The notes beneath the pieces were generated by a model. That model was given only the letters and a program-made list of their open reading frames with translations, did no database searches and had not been told where the DNA came from. A stretch of DNA of 63,021 bases, counting the filler, from Dimorphilus gyrociliatus (Eukaryota > Animalia > Annelida): NCBI GenBank assembly GCA_904063045.1. It is 6 parts of 6 records of this genome, joined end to end, with 100 filler letters (N's around TTAATTAATTAA, not from the genome) between each part and the next. Parts side by side here need not be neighbours in the genome. Positions count along the whole stretch, not along the records: positions 43,383 to 60,963 come from CAJFCJ010000161.1; positions 61,064 to 63,021 come from CAJFCJ010000341.1; 4 more parts are not named here. One strand, given 5' to 3'. Both the position numbers and the translations under genes were made by a program. Shown piece after piece: positions 58,013 through 63,021 of this stretch. Every line of letters starts with the position of its first letter. Position 1 is the first letter of the stretch.

Positions 58013-60781
58013 TCATACCTGAAAAAATATTGAAGGAAATATGGATAATATTAAGGAAGCTAGGATCAAAGCATTGGAGATTATGATCGACAAAGTCAAA
58101 CTGAAAGTTTTTTGACTTTCATACCGGGCTATTGCCAAAAAGCTAAAATTGGATAGCAGCAATCCAAAACTGGAAATTATACCTAAAATATGACAATCTT
58201 TCCATTTTTCCCATTCTTTTATAGTATCCAAATAGGGATGGGAAAACAGGGTAATTTTTACCACTATCAATAAGAAATAGACTGAAACTGTAAAATCCGA
58301 TAAGGTTAGTAGAATTGAAAACAAATTGGATGGAATTTCAGAAATTTTAATCTTAACAATCAAACAGAGAAAATTGGCAAATAGCGAAATTGTAGAGAAG
58401 ATGGCAAGTAATACTAGTGATAAAAGAAAAATAGTCACATTCAGCACTTTTTTTCCTATTGAAACAACAACAAACGTCAAACCTTTTAATGACAACGAAT
58501 GAATGAATTGATCGCAAGAGTTGAATTCATTCTTCTTTGGAATACACTCTTCTATTTGAGAATATCGAACGAAACAGCAATATTTATATTTATCCGACTT
58601 TAATACTTTTAAAGATTTAAGATTTTGAAGATGATATCTATTGAGTTGTTTTTTACCAAATGACATATTTTGAATATTCAAATATTTTAAATTAATCAAT
58701 GAAGAAAATATATCATTTGAGTAGTGTTTGATACTAGAACCGAATAAATTCAAATTTAATAGATTGGTTGAATTTATTAAAGTATATTTAAAGAAATTTA
58801 AAATATATGAATAAGTTAAATCCAACTGCAATAATGAATTTTGAAAAAGAAAATATCGGATTTGAATTGTTATCAATTCAATTTTTGATAAGACAACTTG
58901 TTGAATTTTTTTCATATTTTTAAAAAGTTTTTCTGAAAGTGATATTATTTGATTTTTTGTGATATTAAGAATAATTAGATTTGGTAATTTTCTAATAAAT
59001 TGCAAATTTGGTAATTTCCCGTTGTAAATGATTAATTTTGTGGTTATTGTATTGAAATCTCTTCCTTTTAACATCATTTCTATTAAGTTGATGACTGGAA
59101 AATTTTCTAGAATAATACTTTTCCACAATGGATATTTTGGATTGTTAATATACGAGCTACTGTCAATCAACATTCTTTTGCATTGTATTTGAAGGAATGC
59201 TCTACATTGACATTCCCTTGGACAGCTATCAGTCTTAAAATCGCAGATATTCATTTCTAAATCATCTCCAAAAGGGCATTTATTTCTAGTTGAATTATAA
59301 GCATCGTCTCTTTTGCATAGTGAATCAAACGGTTGAAATATAACTGCTTTTCTACATTTATACAACATTCCAGTAGTTGGTTGAAGTTTATCTAAAGGAA
59401 AGGGAAAGAAAGAGATTTGAATTCGGGATTTAAAACCTCAATCCCTCTATCACGTTGACTTACAATTTTCACATTCTTCCTCATCATCTCCAAATATACA
59501 ATGATTTAAACCGTCACAAATCAGATTTGCGTTTATACAGTATCCATAAAATTTGCATTTGTACTCACCACCTTTACATACATGCTTATTGCAGTTTTTC
59601 AACTCTCTATACGGCAAGTAATTTCTTGTTGCTAGGAAACCAAAACTATGATACTTTAACTGACAATCAAATGTCGACCGCCTTAGTTTGCTATTGAATT
59701 CTAAATATTGAAATTTTGTTTGTTTGAATGAACAAATAAGGTGACAAACAATTTTTTTTATATATTACTTTTCCTAAAAATTCCATCTTCAATTGAATCT
59801 ATAATTGAAAAATTATGTTAATTAATTAATTAATCTATCTATTTATGTTATAATGTTGAAGAAAACTCAACAGTTGACATTCGAAAAGAAAATTGAATCG
59901 AAATTCCAGTTTTGAACAACTGTCGTAAAATTTCGAGTATTTAATACAGTAGATGGAGTTACTATTGTTGATTTTCTTAATTGTAAATTGTGCCCTAATA
60001 TTTCAAATTTAGTATTGTTGTAAGACAGTAAAAATTCAGGATAGATTGTGTCTGAATGCCCATAAAGAAGGAGGAGGAAGAAAGATTGAATGATAATTAT
60101 CATGATCACGATGAATTTTAGTGGTTTTACATACATAAACAAGTGTTGACATCACTTCCATCAGCACAGTGCGACAGTTGAGTACATTCTTCAATGTTAT
60201 TCTTACTACATTGTTTATTGATGCACAATCTTCATAAATAGGACAAGAAAAATTTCTTTATTAACTGATTAAATTAGGAAAAGTTGACTTTTAAATTTTA
60301 CATTTTATCGCCCTCTTTACAGTGATAATCTTCAAAATATTGAATACATTGATAATTAAACTGTAATTAATCCTATACAGGAAACAAACTTACTGCAGTT
60401 TTCCTCATCACTCTTATCTTGGCAATCGTACACAAAATCGCAAACAACGTTTATGTTTACAATTTGTTTGCTATATGAACAAAAGAATTGATTGTCTATT
60501 GAATCTGAACAATTCCTTTCGTCAGCTCTGTCCGAACAATCAGAGTAGCCATCACATACATATTTGATATTAATGTAATAGCTATCATTTACACATGGAA
60601 AGAAAAACCTTGACAATTTTGTATTGTCATCACCACCATAATTATCTCCCTTTATATTATAAACATGTGGCAAAATAACATTTCTACCAGTTTCTTTTTC
60701 GCAAACAACATAAGTAAAAAGAGGCGTTGAACAATTGATATGAAAGAGTCCGAGATAGTTAAATTCTCTGTATCTTGTCAT
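58013..60781 (-). CDS. Multi-exon LDLa-LRR-7TM receptor (GRL101/relaxin-receptor-like LGR); TM1-4 region visible, later exons not identified
   Basis: LDLa repeats VCDGYSDCSDRADERNC, VCDFVYDCQDKSDEENC and ICDGLNHCIFGDDEEEC; LRRNT CPRECQC; LRRs; hinge KYCC...C.P...NSCDQ; TM helices with LSD and W....C.I.G. CAG/GTATGA donor at about 58020. Confidence 0.75.
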
Positions 60782-60963
60782 ATAGGCACACCTTTTTCTT
60801 AATTCATCCCAATGCTCTGAAACCCTATTTGTGTAAAGTGTATAAATAGAGAATGTTTAATGTGTTTTTTGGTTGGAGGGTTAGGTTTAAGATTTGGCAA
60901 GAGTTTAACTTGGACATTCTCTTCAATGGTTTGGTTTTATTCATAGAAGAGAAGGTAAGATGA

Positions 60964-61063
60964 NNNNNNNNNNNNNNNNNNNNNNNNNNNNNNNNNNNNN
61001 NNNNNNNTTAATTAATTAANNNNNNNNNNNNNNNNNNNNNNNNNNNNNNNNNNNNNNNNNNNN
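60964..61063. other. Artificial contig spacer
   Basis: 44 N + TTAATTAATTAA + 44 N. Confidence 0.98.
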
Positions 61064-61579
61064 TACCTTCAAGTTTATTTGGTAAAGTATATAATACACT
61101 AGACATCAATCAAAACATGTTAATTGATATATAGCTGATTAGGAATTGCAGACGTTCTACTGCAAAACTGGAATGTAGATGTTGAATGCTATCTACTTAT
61201 TGAAATCTGTAATTAACAAACTTATTTTCAAGTTTACCATGAAAAGGTAAATGAAATATTTAGAGAAACGGCTGCAATTGGATTGGGGTTCTGGTTTTAT
61301 GTTCTGGATAATTATCATTGTTTCAATAACTTAAACCATAAACTTATAGTTGATTATTGTCAAGCAATTAATGCTCTTCTCTTATATGGGTTTTCAGCCA
61401 TTGGGAAAGAGTTAGTGTTAGGGTTAAACAATAAGAGAAACTTTTGCCATTTATATATTACTAATGATGACTCACTTGGCTACAGGTAGGGGAAGGGCAA
61501 ATATATTGACCAAAAATTATTGATCACCCAATCTACTGTCTTTTGGTTTATTGTGAACCATACTGCTCATTAAATAATA

Positions 61580-62455
61580 CATCAAAGTACTGGGTCCAAA
61601 TAAACATTAAGTTCATCCATAAGTATAACCAAATAACATGGATGATGGTATAAAGCAGAGAGCAATTATTCAATTTCTTGCGTCACAGCAAGTTATTGCA
61701 ATGGATATTCACAGGCAACTGAAAGCTTTTTTTGGTAATGTTCCATCACCTACGCCAATCATTTCGCAACTGTAGCACTCACCAACAAAATTTGATTCCA
61801 CCCGAATTTTAATTGGACTGTTGTACTTTGTTGTATTGTAATTGTAGGAATTTCTGCTTCTTCTGAACAGTATTCGTCCTTTCCAATCATTTACCAATCT
61901 GCCAAACTACTCAAACAAATAGAACGTTCCAAATTCGTCCACAAGTAGTTATAAAAAATGTAATTTTGGTAGAAATTAATCAACAAAATGCCAGTATTTC
62001 ATTTAAAGAATATGTATTGAGTAAATGAGTTTCTAGTTCTAAATTAGCAAGTTTAAACAACCAGTTAACCATTAAAGAACTGAACTGCCAAACTGAGGAA
62101 ATGTATTTCCTTTTATACATTTACCAAAGCTTGGGTTCACTTGGTCAAAAGATTACGAAGTTGAAATGTAACAGTGTCACAAAGCACATTTAACAAAGAC
62201 ATAAAAAACTATTGCATCACTTCTGGCTAAGATGTGGCACTGCAAAAACAAGCCTGCCTCTTCCACATCTGCTTTTGAATAAGATGTAACAATTTTGACA
62301 TGCATTTTTTCTATATTGTTTGTTCCATTGTTAATTCCATAATGCAACATCTGTTTTGGTCAAAGAATATGTTTCCTACGAAATAAAAGCCTTTCTAAAG
62401 TTCTATAATATCTAAAGTCTAAATATTATTATGTTGATATTTCTAAGTGCACAAC
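61580..62455. repeat. Longest copy of the dispersed repeat family shared with contigs 2 and 5
   Basis: Collinear with 21538-21790 and 7877-8505. Confidence 0.8.
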
Positions 62456-63021
62456 TGTACACAATTATTCCAGAATTTGACAAACCTTTAACAATGCCAA
62501 TACAAGTTTGCAGGTTTTGAAATTTTTCAAACTCCAACAGAAGCTTCTTCATCATCATTGACAATGATGTTTAGTTTTTCACTATTCCCACTTTTTGTGT
62601 CATCAAAAATTGGTCCATTAGTATATGATTGAATTTAAAGAAACCTTCTTAAACGTATGGAATTATAATTGCAGAACACTGATTTAATCTATGATCAGGA
62701 ACATAGACACAGAGATCATGTCACAATCATTTTGATTATCCCATCTATCTTTGCACTCTTTTATACTTTCTACAGAATGTTGGTGTTCCGATCAGGGTTA
62801 CAGAAAATAAGATTAATTATTTAAAAACTCATTTCTGTAGATTTTGCAGTAACATTCTAATACTATTGAGTTAGAATTGCAGAAAGTAGGTTCATTGAAA
62901 TAATGCATTATGCCATTTTTTCTACTTTTCAACTGTAACTGATAAATAAATTCATTCTATGTGTACTTTGTTGTATTGTGATTGTAGGAATTTCGTTCTT
63001 GTCCCAAACGTATTCGTCTAT

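Noticed and set aside
58415-58460. In-frame 42-nt retained intron in the GPCR ORF
   Set aside because: It ends in a pyrimidine tract + TAG, but the would-be donor reads GAAAAA, not GT; unsupported without reads.

Overview
This window is not one locus. It is six contigs joined by artificial 100-bp spacers (44 N + TTAATTAATTAA + 44 N). Contigs 1 (1-7776) and 3 (23830-30753) look microsporidian: very AT-rich, gene-dense, apparently intronless, with CCC/GGG motifs just before start codons. They carry an inositol 5-phosphatase, a CDK, a Gti1/Pac2 (WOPR) factor, RAD3/XPD, a Spc97/98-family protein, PFS2, Rab GDI and iPGM. Contigs 2, 5 and 6 look like one invertebrate animal genome, sharing repeat families and carrying Mutator elements and MITEs, a decayed Ty3/Gypsy element with a class III fusogen-like env, and CBM14-TSP1-C1q, NACHT, RING-B-box-LRR, CUB and LDLa-LRR-GPCR genes. 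Contig 4 (30854-43282) is the standout: about 2.6 near-identical head-to-tail copies of a 4727-bp Penelope-like retroelement (RT + C-terminal GIY-YIG). Each unit has an LTR-like TATA-hammerhead ribozyme-AATAAA junction and two candidate mini-introns. It also has a separate ORF1 ending on an A_AAA_AAC slippery heptamer, with the RT ORF in the -1 frame, and an extra coiled-coil ORF3 downstream. Single-base homopolymer indels occur throughout and look like long-read errors, which is the main caveat for any frameshift claim. No database searches were run; all family calls come from motifs read by eye. No rRNA, tRNA or CRISPR array was recognised.
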